A stretch of DNA of 64,000 nt from an uncultured Pseudomonadota bacterium (GTDB lineage Bacteria > Pseudomonadota > Alphaproteobacteria > Rs-D84): assembly GCA_937885575.1 (NCBI GenBank), contig CALABO010000013.1, positions 46,438 to 110,437 on the forward strand, written 5' to 3'. Of this stretch, positions 48,266 through 57,198 are shown piece by piece; the first letter of the stretch is position 1, and every line of letters starts with the position of its first letter. The notes beneath the pieces were generated by a model. That model searched no databases. It was given only the letters and a program-made list of their open reading frames with translations, and was not told the origin of the DNA. The translations under genes and the position numbers were made by a program.

Positions 48266-48553
48266 CTACGCCAACATGATACAAAAGCATATAAACAATA
48301 CACCAAGACATATAAAATATTGCGTAAATTTCTTAAAATTTGTCGGTATTTTGAAAAACATCGTCCAAAATGTAAATAACATGTCCATTAACCACATAAA
48401 TAGATACACCGACTTTTTGATGTTCGGTTTGATGATTCTTAACATAATGATTGTGGAGTTAACCACACATGCTAATAATCCGGCTAAAACAAGTGCTTTT
48501 GCAGCATGAATAGACCAAATTATCCACAATAAAACAGATAAAATCGTTATCAT
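48266..48553 (-). CDS. Small integral membrane protein (95 aa, about 3 TM)
   Basis: Three hydrophobic helices. Starts 4 nt after the HNH gene stop. Confidence 0.55.
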   Translation of the reverse strand: MITILSVLLWIIWSIHAAKALVLAGLLACVVNSTIIMLRIIKPNIKKSVYLFMWLMDMLFTFWTMFFKIPTNFKKFTQYFICLGVLFICFCIMLA

Positions 48554-48557
48554 TATT

Positions 48558-49658
48558 TTACCCCTTCAATAAAATATACCCCATCAATATTGGTATTACT
48601 ATGTATAAAAAGATACGGAAATACGATAATAATTTTGCTTTTAATAATTCACGTTGCATATATACTTGGATTCGTTTTTGTTCAACGTATTTATTGTATT
48701 TTATTATGCCATTATTATAAACCTTCACACATTTGTCGCATTGAGAAATCAAAATATTTCCAGAAGAATTTGAATTATGTATAACGGTTAAGGTTTCTAA
48801 TACTGTTTTGTATTCTTGTAATTCGGTTAATCTATCTTGCAAATAAGTCAACCCCACTTCATCAATATCGATTTTTGATGTCATTTCATATATATCACTT
48901 AAAACAGTTTGAATACGTTTACCTATCTGTGTCCGTATATTTGCAATCAATGCCGTTATGTGTTCGCATAAATCATTTGTTGAAATTTTTAATGTAGCCA
49001 ATATATCGTTTAATAATGCTAAATCATCCAATATTATACTATCCAATGTATTGTATAATTTCAAACCGGTTTCCGTATAAACATCCAAAGAATCTATTTT
49101 GCCCCTTGGCATATTATAATTAAACATTTGCTTTTGTTGCTCTTGTGATAACAATTCTTTTAATGCACCATGTTTATCGTATTGTGGATTTTCTTTTAAA
49201 AATTCTATGATATTCTTTTCTAAGGTATTTATAAAATAAACTTTTTCAGAAGGTTTTATTAAATTTTTATTACAAAACAGTGTGTGTTCTATGCTGTTAT
49301 AAAATCGACTTTCTTCGTATTTTCCGGTCATTTTTAAAAATGCATACTCGGCATACCCCATTGAATTCAAGATTTCATGGCATTTTATGTGTTCATAACG
49401 GGTTAAAAGAACCAAATTATATTTATAATCATACCCGCCACAACATTTTGGCACAATATGGTGTATTTCATATCGATTTTCTATATATTCCCCATTTTGT
49501 AAAGAATACCTTGGTGGTCTTTTTAACCCACGTTGTTTTGCTTTGTTTACAATCGCAGCATATTCGTCATTGGCCATGAATTTATTGTATAACGCAATAA
49601 ATTGGTCATGTTTCTTTGCCTTACATGCTCTTAAATAACCATAATTACAATATCTCAT
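48558..49658 (-). CDS. HNH endonuclease with helical extension and C-terminal membrane anchor
   Basis: Contains ..EIHHIVPKCCGGYDYKYNLVLLTRYEHIKCH.. and a terminal TM FRIFLYIVIPILMGYILL. Confidence 0.7.
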   Translation of the reverse strand: MRYCNYGYLRACKAKKHDQFIALYNKFMANDEYAAIVNKAKQRGLKRPPRYSLQNGEYIENRYEIHHIVPKCCGGYDYKYNLVLLTRYEHIKCHEILNSMGYAEYAFLKMTGKYEESRFYNSIEHTLFCNKNLIKPSEKVYFINTLEKNIIEFLKENPQYDKHGALKELLSQEQQKQMFNYNMPRGKIDSLDVYTETGLKLYNTLDSIILDDLALLNDILATLKISTNDLCEHITALIANIRTQIGKRIQTVLSDIYEMTSKIDIDEVGLTYLQDRLTELQEYKTVLETLTVIHNSNSSGNILISQCDKCVKVYNNGIIKYNKYVEQKRIQVYMQRELLKAKLLSYFRIFLYIVIPILMGYILLKG

Positions 49659-49794
49659 ATCATCCCTTTATACTGTATATATAATACATAATGACATTTT
49701 GTCAATACAATAAGATAATTTTATTACCAAATCTTTTTGTTTGATATAAAAAATGCCCCTGGGGGCATTTAATATCATTCTGTTTTGTATACAT

Positions 49795-50466
49795 TTATTT
49801 ACCGTTCAAAAGTTTTATTGTTTTCGGATGTTTTTTACCGCAATTTTCCATTTCTTTGTTCATTTTATCTTTTGCCTGTTTCATTTCGTCTAATGTTGCA
49901 TCTGTTCCATAAAGCACAGCACCTTTCGCACTATCGGCCACACAATTGCACCATTCCATACCGTCTATTTTTAACTGTTGTTTTTCTTTTGTTGTTTGTT
50001 TGCTTTTTTTCAAGGCTTCTTCAACATTTGAATAACATTCAAATTGTGTGTTTTCAATCTCGTTCATTGTCCTTGAATAAACTTCTTCTGATGAATTTGC
50101 CCAGTATTCGTAATCAAAATCTAAAATCGGCACTGTTTTGGTGTCATTACCTTTTGTTTCGTATTCTATTGTATCTTTATATATGAAACACTTGCCTTCT
50201 GGTGGAGTCACAATTTTTTCATCCCACAACTTCAAGTCCCATTTTTTAGGTATCACAACTGTCATACCATAACAATTATCTGTATTTCCGCCTTTACATA
50301 CACTTGCTAATGCCCCATTAGAAAAAGTCTGAAAAACTTTTACTTTTTTAAAATCAGCACACATAGTGTTTGCCATTGGTTTCTTAATTTGGGTTGTTTG
50401 TTGTGGTTCAGAATCTACAACACAAGCCGATAAAAACAATGCAAATAATATAAAAGTTTTTTTCAT
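49795..50466 (-). CDS. Lipoprotein (223 aa)
   Basis: Signal peptide plus lipobox LFLSAC. Confidence 0.6.
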   Translation of the reverse strand: MKKTFILFALFLSACVVDSEPQQTTQIKKPMANTMCADFKKVKVFQTFSNGALASVCKGGNTDNCYGMTVVIPKKWDLKLWDEKIVTPPEGKCFIYKDTIEYETKGNDTKTVPILDFDYEYWANSSEEVYSRTMNEIENTQFECYSNVEEALKKSKQTTKEKQQLKIDGMEWCNCVADSAKGAVLYGTDATLDEMKQAKDKMNKEMENCGKKHPKTIKLLNGK

Positions 50467-50485
50467 AAAAATCTCCTTTAACTGT

Positions 50486-50896
50486 TTAATAATCCAAAAC
50501 TTCCGAACATCTTGATGTGACCCAAGCCCCGATGCTATCTCTGGTTATTTTTATAGATTGTATCTTATTTGATTCATCAACTAGTATATCCATTTCGCAT
50601 ACCATATTTATGCTACCACCAGAACTATAAGATGTATAGTTAGCAGTTCCATAACCTGTATTATATACTGTTCCATTTGTTGTGACAGGCATACTTACAG
50701 TATCTACACCCGAACTCCATTTATATAACGTTGAACCGCTTTGTAATTTAAAACTTGAATATGGTACGCCATACGTTAATACAAATTCATCAAAATCCCT
50801 ATTAACCCACAATGGATAAAAACCGTCTATTACACTTTGAGTAGATACGCATGCCGTAAGTAATGCAGCACATAAAAAACCAATAATTTTTTTCAT
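50486..50896 (-). CDS. Lipoprotein (136 aa)
   Basis: Signal peptide plus lipobox ALLTAC. Confidence 0.6.
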   Translation of the reverse strand: MKKIIGFLCAALLTACVSTQSVIDGFYPLWVNRDFDEFVLTYGVPYSSFKLQSGSTLYKWSSGVDTVSMPVTTNGTVYNTGYGTANYTSYSSGGSINMVCEMDILVDESNKIQSIKITRDSIGAWVTSRCSEVLDY

Positions 50897-50971
50897 ATCG
50901 TTCTCTCCTTGATATTAGGTATTATATCATACAATTCACAACAGTTCAAAATATCGGGTAATTTTTTAATA

Positions 50972-51505
50972 TTATTCATTATAAACACCCCATAAGTATT
51001 GAAACCTTTGTGAATATTCTTGGTTCGGTTGCTTAAAAAACAAACAATTTTCGCTATTATTCATACTTGCGCTGGTTGTCCAATTATACGACCCAGACAC
51101 AACTATATCATCATCAAACACAGCAAATTTATTGTGTTCAATTTTATATTTTTTATTGGTTGATACAGGAATCCCTGATTTTTTAATATCTGCAACCAAC
51201 GATTTTTTACCTTTTGCTTGGGTTTTATCCGTAATAATCCGGATGTTTGCACCTTTTTTATACGCACCAATTATAGCATTTGTAATCTTTGGATTTGTAA
51301 TCGAATAAACAGCAATGTCTATCTTGCCGGATTCATTTATTCTTTTTATGATGTTATTTTCACAATCTGGACTAGGCGTAAAAAAGATTTCAATATCATT
51401 ATGTTGAATCTGTTTTTCTGCAACCGGTTTTGACCCAATCGATACACAGCCCGTTAAAAACAGAATCAATATGTTTAAGAAAAAAATCCCAACTGTTTTA
51501 ACCAT
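50972..51505 (-). CDS. PLD-family (Nuc-like) endonuclease, lipoprotein-type signal
   Basis: 177 aa from ATG 51505. Signal ILILFLTGC and a single HKD motif ..HNKFAVFDDDIVVSGSYNWT... Confidence 0.75.
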   Translation of the reverse strand: MVKTVGIFFLNILILFLTGCVSIGSKPVAEKQIQHNDIEIFFTPSPDCENNIIKRINESGKIDIAVYSITNPKITNAIIGAYKKGANIRIITDKTQAKGKKSLVADIKKSGIPVSTNKKYKIEHNKFAVFDDDIVVSGSYNWTTSASMNNSENCLFFKQPNQEYSQRFQYLWGVYNE

Positions 51506-51726
51506 AAAAAAGACCACTGTTTTAAGGTGGTCGGGAGTTAGACAGTTTGCATAGAAACTTCGTTGCTTTTGGTAAAACCTTATCACAACGACATCCCGAC
51601 CGACAGTCGGGATATAAACATCGTATGCTATGCTTGGGTGTCTAAACCCGTTCACGCTTGTTATATCACAAGATTCTTTTTCAGAACCTCGAACATATTA
51701 TATACCATAACGCATACATTTTGCAA
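51506..51726 (-). promoter_or_regulatory. Promoter plus roughly 180-nt structured leader (or sRNA) ending in an intrinsic terminator that abuts the nuc start
   Basis: Minus strand carries TTGCAA (51726-51721), an 18-nt spacer and TATAAT (51702-51697). Three mutually exclusive pairing segments tcccgac/gtcggga/tcccgac are followed by gaccac-cttaaaaca-gtggtc-tttttt-ATG. Confidence 0.45.
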
Positions 51727-51872
51727 GTGAAGTCGAAAAAAACAGTTTACTTTTGCCAAAAAACACGATAAATTCAAAAAGTGTCAGGCAAAATGTCAGG
51801 CAAACTGGTAAAAAACGAATATTTTGCGGTCAAAAAGGTATCAAAAACAGCCCTTAAAAGTGGTTTTGCGTT

Positions 51873-51889
51873 CCCCTTTGCTCGCACCA
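51873..51889 (+). repeat. attR core (copy of the tRNA-Gly 3' end)
   Basis: cccctttgctcgcacca is identical to 42893-42909. Confidence 0.85.
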
Positions 51890-51897
51890 GAATTTTT

Positions 51898-51922
51898 AAA
51901 AACCACCATTTGGTGGTTTTTT
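51898..51922. terminator. Bidirectional intrinsic terminator
   Basis: aaaaaccacc-attt-ggtggtttttt. Confidence 0.75.
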
Positions 51923-52985
51923 ATTTTGTGGCACCAAGATATTTTTCAATATTCTTTGTAAATTGTTCAAGCATGCCATCGGTGATAGAGCAATAGGGTT
52001 CATGGCAAAAATAATGGCAATCCATCGGTGGAAATTCGCCGGATTCATAGGTATATTTTGTACCTTTTTTTGAATACTCTTTTATCCAATATGTAAATGT
52101 TTTTGAATATCTTGGCATACGTCCCAATTTATTTAACAAATATGAAAACCGTTGAATATCTGCGACTTTTTGTTTTTCCATTCTTTTATCGTAATCAACG
52201 ATGTTTGATAAAGTATTTTCATGTCGATTATAAAAATAAATAACATCTTTGACCGTTGCCACATGTTCGGCATACAACACCGCCAGCATACAAAATAACA
52301 TATCTTCATCAAGTTTCATATTCGTCATAAAACGCAAATTATGTTTATCCAACATTTCACGACTATATAGCGCAAAATTGGCGTTTTCGCGTCTATCGGC
52401 CTGGCGAAGTAAAATATCTTTATTATTGGGTGCGGAATCATATACAAAATCATTTTCATAAACATTACGACGCATATACATTTCATCCCGGTTCACCGTG
52501 ATTTTTCCACCAAGAACTACATCTGCATTTGTGTCACACGTGGCACGCAACATATTCACAAAATATCCATCATCAAAATGCGCATCTGTCATCAAAGGCA
52601 ACACATTATGCGCTGTTGTTATTTTCATATTGCCGATATTTGAAATGTTGCTTGGTGATATAAAGTATTTATCAAAGGCGTCAATATTCAATCCCACCAT
52701 ATCATCCGCATCGACAAAGGTTATATATTTGCCACGCGATGCGGTGATTCCATTATTACGTGCAACGGAAACACCGCCGTTTTTCTGATGTATAACACGA
52801 ATGTTTTTATACACATTCGCGGCCGCATCCAAAATTTTTGGTGTATCATCGGTCGAACCATCATCAACAATAATGATTTCGTATTGGTCTGCACCCTGTT
52901 GTCGCATAATACTATCCACACAGCGGACAATATAATCTTGTCCGTTATAAACTGGGATAATAATAGATAGTTCTTTGTCTTTCAT
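51921..52985 (-). CDS. Family 2 glycosyltransferase
   Basis: 354 aa from ATG 52985. Contains ..LSIIIPVYNG.., ..IIVDDGSTD.. and ..FVDADD... Confidence 0.85.
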   Translation of the reverse strand: MKDKELSIIIPVYNGQDYIVRCVDSIMRQQGADQYEIIIVDDGSTDDTPKILDAAANVYKNIRVIHQKNGGVSVARNNGITASRGKYITFVDADDMVGLNIDAFDKYFISPSNISNIGNMKITTAHNVLPLMTDAHFDDGYFVNMLRATCDTNADVVLGGKITVNRDEMYMRRNVYENDFVYDSAPNNKDILLRQADRRENANFALYSREMLDKHNLRFMTNMKLDEDMLFCMLAVLYAEHVATVKDVIYFYNRHENTLSNIVDYDKRMEKQKVADIQRFSYLLNKLGRMPRYSKTFTYWIKEYSKKGTKYTYESGEFPPMDCHYFCHEPYCSITDGMLEQFTKNIEKYLGATK

Positions 52986-53104
52986 ACCGATATGTATAGC
53001 ACAAAAAACACAAATGTCAATGCTTTGTTTTGCTTGACTTTGGACTGGTTGTGGGTACAATTCAAGACGAATTGTTTTTTTGTAAAAATAATAAAGGTGA
53101 TAAG

Positions 53105-53605
53105 ATGATCGTTATGCCCCCAAATATAATTTGGCGAATGCATGGTGTTGAACCTGGGTTCGATTTTGATTTTTCAAAGAAAGATTCTTTAATCGCCTTT
53201 GGCGCGTTCATAATACTTAGCGGGGCATTAGTTGCGTATATGCTTTGTCAAAAAACCGACTGGGAAAAGGATTGTAAAAAGGCGCGTGAACAAGGTAACG
53301 AACAGTTAATAACCTATGCGTATTCACTTGCGGCGAAATCCGTAGATACGGTTGATTTTGCAAATTATAAAATTATTCCACAAAGACAAGCCGAACGCGA
53401 TTCTGTGCGTTCTGCGAGAAAGATTCGCAAATTTGTTAAAAAAACTGGTATACAATACATAGGGTACAACCGACAATGGGCACCAGTTCTTAGGACGGGC
53501 GCCGTAGTCAGAGATCCTGAATTTCAAAAACTTTCAAAAAAATACCAAACAGCTGCGCAAAGACTGATTGTTCAGCGTAAAATTTTGTCCTCCGAACATA
53601 AATGA
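53105..53605 (+). CDS. Hypothetical membrane protein (166 aa)
   Basis: ATG 53105 with an AAGGTGA RBS. One TM helix (LIAFGAFIILSGALVAYML). Confidence 0.5.
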   Translation: MIVMPPNIIWRMHGVEPGFDFDFSKKDSLIAFGAFIILSGALVAYMLCQKTDWEKDCKKAREQGNEQLITYAYSLAAKSVDTVDFANYKIIPQRQAERDSVRSARKIRKFVKKTGIQYIGYNRQWAPVLRTGAVVRDPEFQKLSKKYQTAAQRLIVQRKILSSEHK

Positions 53606-53612
53606 TTTTATG

Positions 53613-53660
53613 TTATGCCAATGCGCCGACGGACATAGTTATCCGGCGGATGCCACTGCT
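53613..53660 (-). pseudogene. Detached second copy of the alaS 3' terminus (15 codons + TAA)
   Basis: The minus-strand translation is SSGIRRITMSVGALA*, identical to the live alaS end at 54191-54238. There are 6 nucleotide differences, all synonymous third positions. Confidence 0.85.
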
Positions 53661-54190
53661 CAAATTCCCCTTCACACAGTGAAGGGGTGGCCATGGCACC
53701 GCTTGCGGTAACAGGCCGGGGTAGTTTTACAATATTCCGTTAATCGTTGAATAATCGTGTTCAATGTTACGTTTTACATCAATATCTGCAATATGCCAAA
53801 TTTTCAAGTTCCATGACGCCAAATAATCATCGCGTGCCCGATCATATTCTTGCTTATTATCATGTGATTCGCCATCTATTTCTATCACAAGGTTTAATTC
53901 TGCACAATAAAAGTCAACGATATAATTGCCAATGATTCTCTGACGGTCAAAATCCAATCCGCAGATTTGTTTGTTTTTTACCGCGTTCCAAAATAATACT
54001 TCCGCCAGTGTGGAATTTTTTCTTAACTCTCGCGCACGTTCTTTCAAAGACATGTTTGCTGGAAACTTCATTATAAACTATCTCGCTTCACATATTGAAA
54101 AACTACCCCACCGGCTTTCGCCGGTCCCCCCCTTCACAAAATCGGGCCCCGCAAAATTTGAAAAATTTTGTGGGTGATAGCCGAAGGGGA
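53661..54190 (-). mobile_element. DUF559-nuclease cassette with hairpin-type terminal inverted repeats
   Basis: Termini lie at 53665-53728 (ttccccttcac-aca-gtgaagggg..ggccggggtagtttt) and 54097-54190 (aaaactacccc..ccccttcac..gaagggga) around ORF 53727-54071. Confidence 0.75.
53727..54071 (-). CDS. DUF559 / Vsr-like PD-(D/E)xK endonuclease domain protein
   Basis: 114 aa containing ..STLAEVLFWNAV..GLDFDRQRIIGNYIVDFYCAELNLVIEIDGESHD... Confidence 0.8.
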   Translation of the reverse strand: MKFPANMSLKERARELRKNSTLAEVLFWNAVKNKQICGLDFDRQRIIGNYIVDFYCAELNLVIEIDGESHDNKQEYDRARDDYLASWNLKIWHIADIDVKRNIEHDYSTINGIL

Positions 54191-56266
54191 TTAGGCCAAT
54201 GCGCCGACGGACATTGTGATACGGCGAATTCCACTGCTGATGGATTTTTCCTTGTTTATCTTTGCGCGCAAAATTTCGCCGGTGTGATTTACATGCGTTC
54301 CGCCACACAGTTCGCATGACACATCGCCCGCGGTTATCACGCGCACGACATCGCCATACTTTTCCCCGAACAGTGCCATCGCCCCGCGCTTTTTCGCCGC
54401 ATCAATCGGCATCTCTTCGTGTTTAACGGGTATATCGGCCGCAATCCATTTATTCACCAAATCTTCAACCGCCGTTTTTTCTTCCGCCGTCATTGCGCGC
54501 CCAAATGAAAAGTCAAACCGCACGGAATCCGGCGCGACCCGCGAGCCACGTTGTTCCACATCGGTATTCAGAACTTGTCGCAATGCGGCTTGCAACAAAT
54601 GTGTTGCGGTATGCGCGCGCGCCGTCTGTGCCCGAACATCCGCGTTTATAACCGGCGTCACAGTGTCACCCACAGAAATTTTTCCAACAACCGTTCCGCG
54701 ATGCAAAACAACATTATTCGCACGCGTGGCATCCGTCACATCAAGAACGACGTTGTCGCCGATTTTCAATTTGCCGCTGTCGCCAACCTGGCCACCCTGG
54801 GTGCCATAGAAATTTGTTTTATCCAAAGCAACCTCTACCACATCGCCGTCGGTTGCGGTGTCCACGAATTCTTCGCCACGCAGTATCGCCAAAACGCGCG
54901 ATTGCATATCGGCAATGGGTGCATACTTTGCCATGTCATCCGTCGCCACAACATCGGTGCGCGATTCCCAAAGTATTTTTGTTCCGCGTGTGTCGGCGCG
55001 ACTGCGTTCCTTTTGCGCCGCCATTTCGGATTCGAATTCCGCGACATCGACATCAATGCCACGTTCGCGCAAAATCATTTGCGTTAAATCAAGCGGAAAC
55101 CCATACGTATCAAATAACTTAAACGCGACCGCACCCGGCAAAGTTTTCCCCGAAAGTTTCGGCAATTCGTTGTCCAATAATTTCATACCATTGTTCAACA
55201 TATCGGCAAAGGCGTTTTCTTCGTTCGTTATGATTTCAACAACGTGCGCTTGGTTTTTGGCAAGTTCCGGATATGTTTCGCCCATCTGTTCCACCAATGC
55301 CGGATAAAGTTTCGACAGCAACGCGCCCGAATGCCCAAGCAGCTGACCATGCCGCATCGCGCGCCGCAAAATACGGCGAATCACATAACCACGGTCGGTG
55401 TTCGAAGGAATCACACCGTCCGCAATCGCAAATCCAACCGAACGCAAGTGGTCAGTGATAACCTTGAAACTGGTTTTATTCGTGTCGGTTTCTTTAACAC
55501 CCGTCACGTCACTCACCGCGCGTTTAAGGTTCCGGAATAAATCGGTGTCATAGTTATCAAATTTACCTTGCAACATTGCCGCCCATCGTTCCAGTCCCGC
55601 ACCCGTATCAACATTTTGCTTTGGCAATTTTGTTAAATTCCCATTTGCATCGCGGTCGTATTGCATAAACACATCGTTCCAAATTTCAACAAAACGCCCG
55701 CCGTCTTCGTCCGGTGTGCCCGGCAGCCCCCCCGGAATATCCGCACCAAAGTCATAGAAAATTTCACTGCACGGGCCACACGGGCCGGTGTCGCCCGCCG
55801 ACCACCAGTTATCTTTATCCAAACGAATTGCATCCTTGCCCGCGACTTTTTTCCAAATTTCCGTTGCTTCATCATCGGAAATATGTGTCGTCACGACAAG
55901 GCGCGCCGGGTCAATCCCAATAACACGCGTCAATAAATCCCACGACATTTCGATTGCACCGTCCTTGAAATAATCGCCAAACGACCAATTCCCCATCATT
56001 TCAAAGAAAGTATGATGCCGACCGTCAAAACCAACATCTTCCAAATCATTATGTTTTCCGCCCGCACGAATACACTTTTGCACGTCGGCCACACGCGGCG
56101 CCGGTGCGGGTTCAAGCCCCTGTAATATCCCCTTCCACGGAACCATGCCGGCGACAGTGAACAATAATGTCGGGTCGTTCGGTATAAGTGACGCAGACGG
56201 TACAATTTTATGCCCGTGCGATTCAAAATAATCCAAGAAAACTTTTCTAATTTCATCATATGTCAT
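54191..56266 (-). CDS. alaS: Alanine--tRNA ligase (short form, ends after the editing domain)
   Basis: 691 aa. Class II catalytic core plus ..HTATHLLQAAL.. and ..CGGTHV.. editing-site motifs. No C-Ala region. Confidence 0.92.
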   Translation of the reverse strand: MTYDEIRKVFLDYFESHGHKIVPSASLIPNDPTLLFTVAGMVPWKGILQGLEPAPAPRVADVQKCIRAGGKHNDLEDVGFDGRHHTFFEMMGNWSFGDYFKDGAIEMSWDLLTRVIGIDPARLVVTTHISDDEATEIWKKVAGKDAIRLDKDNWWSAGDTGPCGPCSEIFYDFGADIPGGLPGTPDEDGGRFVEIWNDVFMQYDRDANGNLTKLPKQNVDTGAGLERWAAMLQGKFDNYDTDLFRNLKRAVSDVTGVKETDTNKTSFKVITDHLRSVGFAIADGVIPSNTDRGYVIRRILRRAMRHGQLLGHSGALLSKLYPALVEQMGETYPELAKNQAHVVEIITNEENAFADMLNNGMKLLDNELPKLSGKTLPGAVAFKLFDTYGFPLDLTQMILRERGIDVDVAEFESEMAAQKERSRADTRGTKILWESRTDVVATDDMAKYAPIADMQSRVLAILRGEEFVDTATDGDVVEVALDKTNFYGTQGGQVGDSGKLKIGDNVVLDVTDATRANNVVLHRGTVVGKISVGDTVTPVINADVRAQTARAHTATHLLQAALRQVLNTDVEQRGSRVAPDSVRFDFSFGRAMTAEEKTAVEDLVNKWIAADIPVKHEEMPIDAAKKRGAMALFGEKYGDVVRVITAGDVSCELCGGTHVNHTGEILRAKINKEKSISSGIRRITMSVGALA

Positions 56267-56305
56267 GGCAATTTTCCTTTTTTATTATGGCAAGATTATA
56301 GAACA

Positions 56306-57115
56306 TTATTGCGCAACCGCAACCATATTTTGCGCCGCGGCGCGTTCAAACATTTCGGTAAATTTTTTAATAACATTATTGTTGAAAGTCCGCGCGGATG
56401 TTGCCGGCACCACGCGCACACCGTATTTCTGTGCTGCCCGCCCAAGTTTTATGGAAACATAATTTGTTTGATTCATATAAATTGCTGACATTTCCGGATA
56501 TCGCACGCGCATAAAGGTTTTTAACCCCACCCACATGATTGCCCCCACCGGCACGCGATATTTGAAACCGTGTTCGATTTTTTTTATTTCTGGTAATACC
56601 TTGCGCATAAAGTGTGCAAATTCAATTGCCACATCCCGCCGAACAAGTGTCCCCGTGATATCAAAATGTGCACCCGTCTTGCCATATTCCGAACCGGCCG
56701 TCCATTTTGGGCTAATTTTAAATATGTCTGTTATGTTATCCGAAATTGTTGTTGCGTTTTGAACAACCGCAAAGGAGCTTGCCGAAACATTCGGCACGGT
56801 TGCATCAATCAGTGCATCGTCATCATCAACAAACAAAATCCAATTGCCGGGAATCTTTTCCCGGTCGATATATTCCAACACCGCGATTCTTGATTCAAAT
56901 TCACCAAGATTATTTTTTTCATTTATAATATGCAACGCACCGCGCCACCCAATCCCGCGCACAAAATCACGCGAAAGTTCGGCGCCCGGATTGTCGTTAT
57001 GTATAACCAGTGTTGCATCGCGCGCGCACCGCCGCACCGCCGGTATGGACAGGCGCAACGCATCAATATCGTATGTGGTTATCGCGATAACAAGGTCTGA
57101 TTTCCGATTAAACAT
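56306..57115 (-). CDS. Putative glycosyltransferase-like protein (269 aa)
   Basis: Contains ..ILFVDDDDALID.. DxD-like motif. Assignment is weak. Confidence 0.45.
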   Translation of the reverse strand: MFNRKSDLVIAITTYDIDALRLSIPAVRRCARDATLVIHNDNPGAELSRDFVRGIGWRGALHIINEKNNLGEFESRIAVLEYIDREKIPGNWILFVDDDDALIDATVPNVSASSFAVVQNATTISDNITDIFKISPKWTAGSEYGKTGAHFDITGTLVRRDVAIEFAHFMRKVLPEIKKIEHGFKYRVPVGAIMWVGLKTFMRVRYPEMSAIYMNQTNYVSIKLGRAAQKYGVRVVPATSARTFNNNVIKKFTEMFERAAAQNMVAVAQ

Positions 57116-57198
57116 AATTAGATGTTAAATAAAACTTTCAAAAATTGCAATTGGTTAGTTTTTTGTGGTATAATATAACAACAAAGGAAAAATCCCAC

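Larger units (their letters stand above)
42893..51889. mobile_element. Integrative genomic island at the tRNA-Gly 3' end (about 9 kb)
   Basis: 17-bp direct repeat cccctttgctcgcacca at 42893-42909 (tRNA 3' end) and 51873-51889. A tyrosine integrase sits next to the tRNA. The interior is visibly AT-rich. Confidence 0.85.

Noticed and set aside
51661-51696. 11-codon leader peptide (ATGTTCGAGGTTCTGAAAAAGAATCTTGTGATATAA, minus strand) in the nuc leader
   Set aside because: The ATG begins immediately after the predicted -10 hexamer, so it would lie upstream of the likely transcription start.
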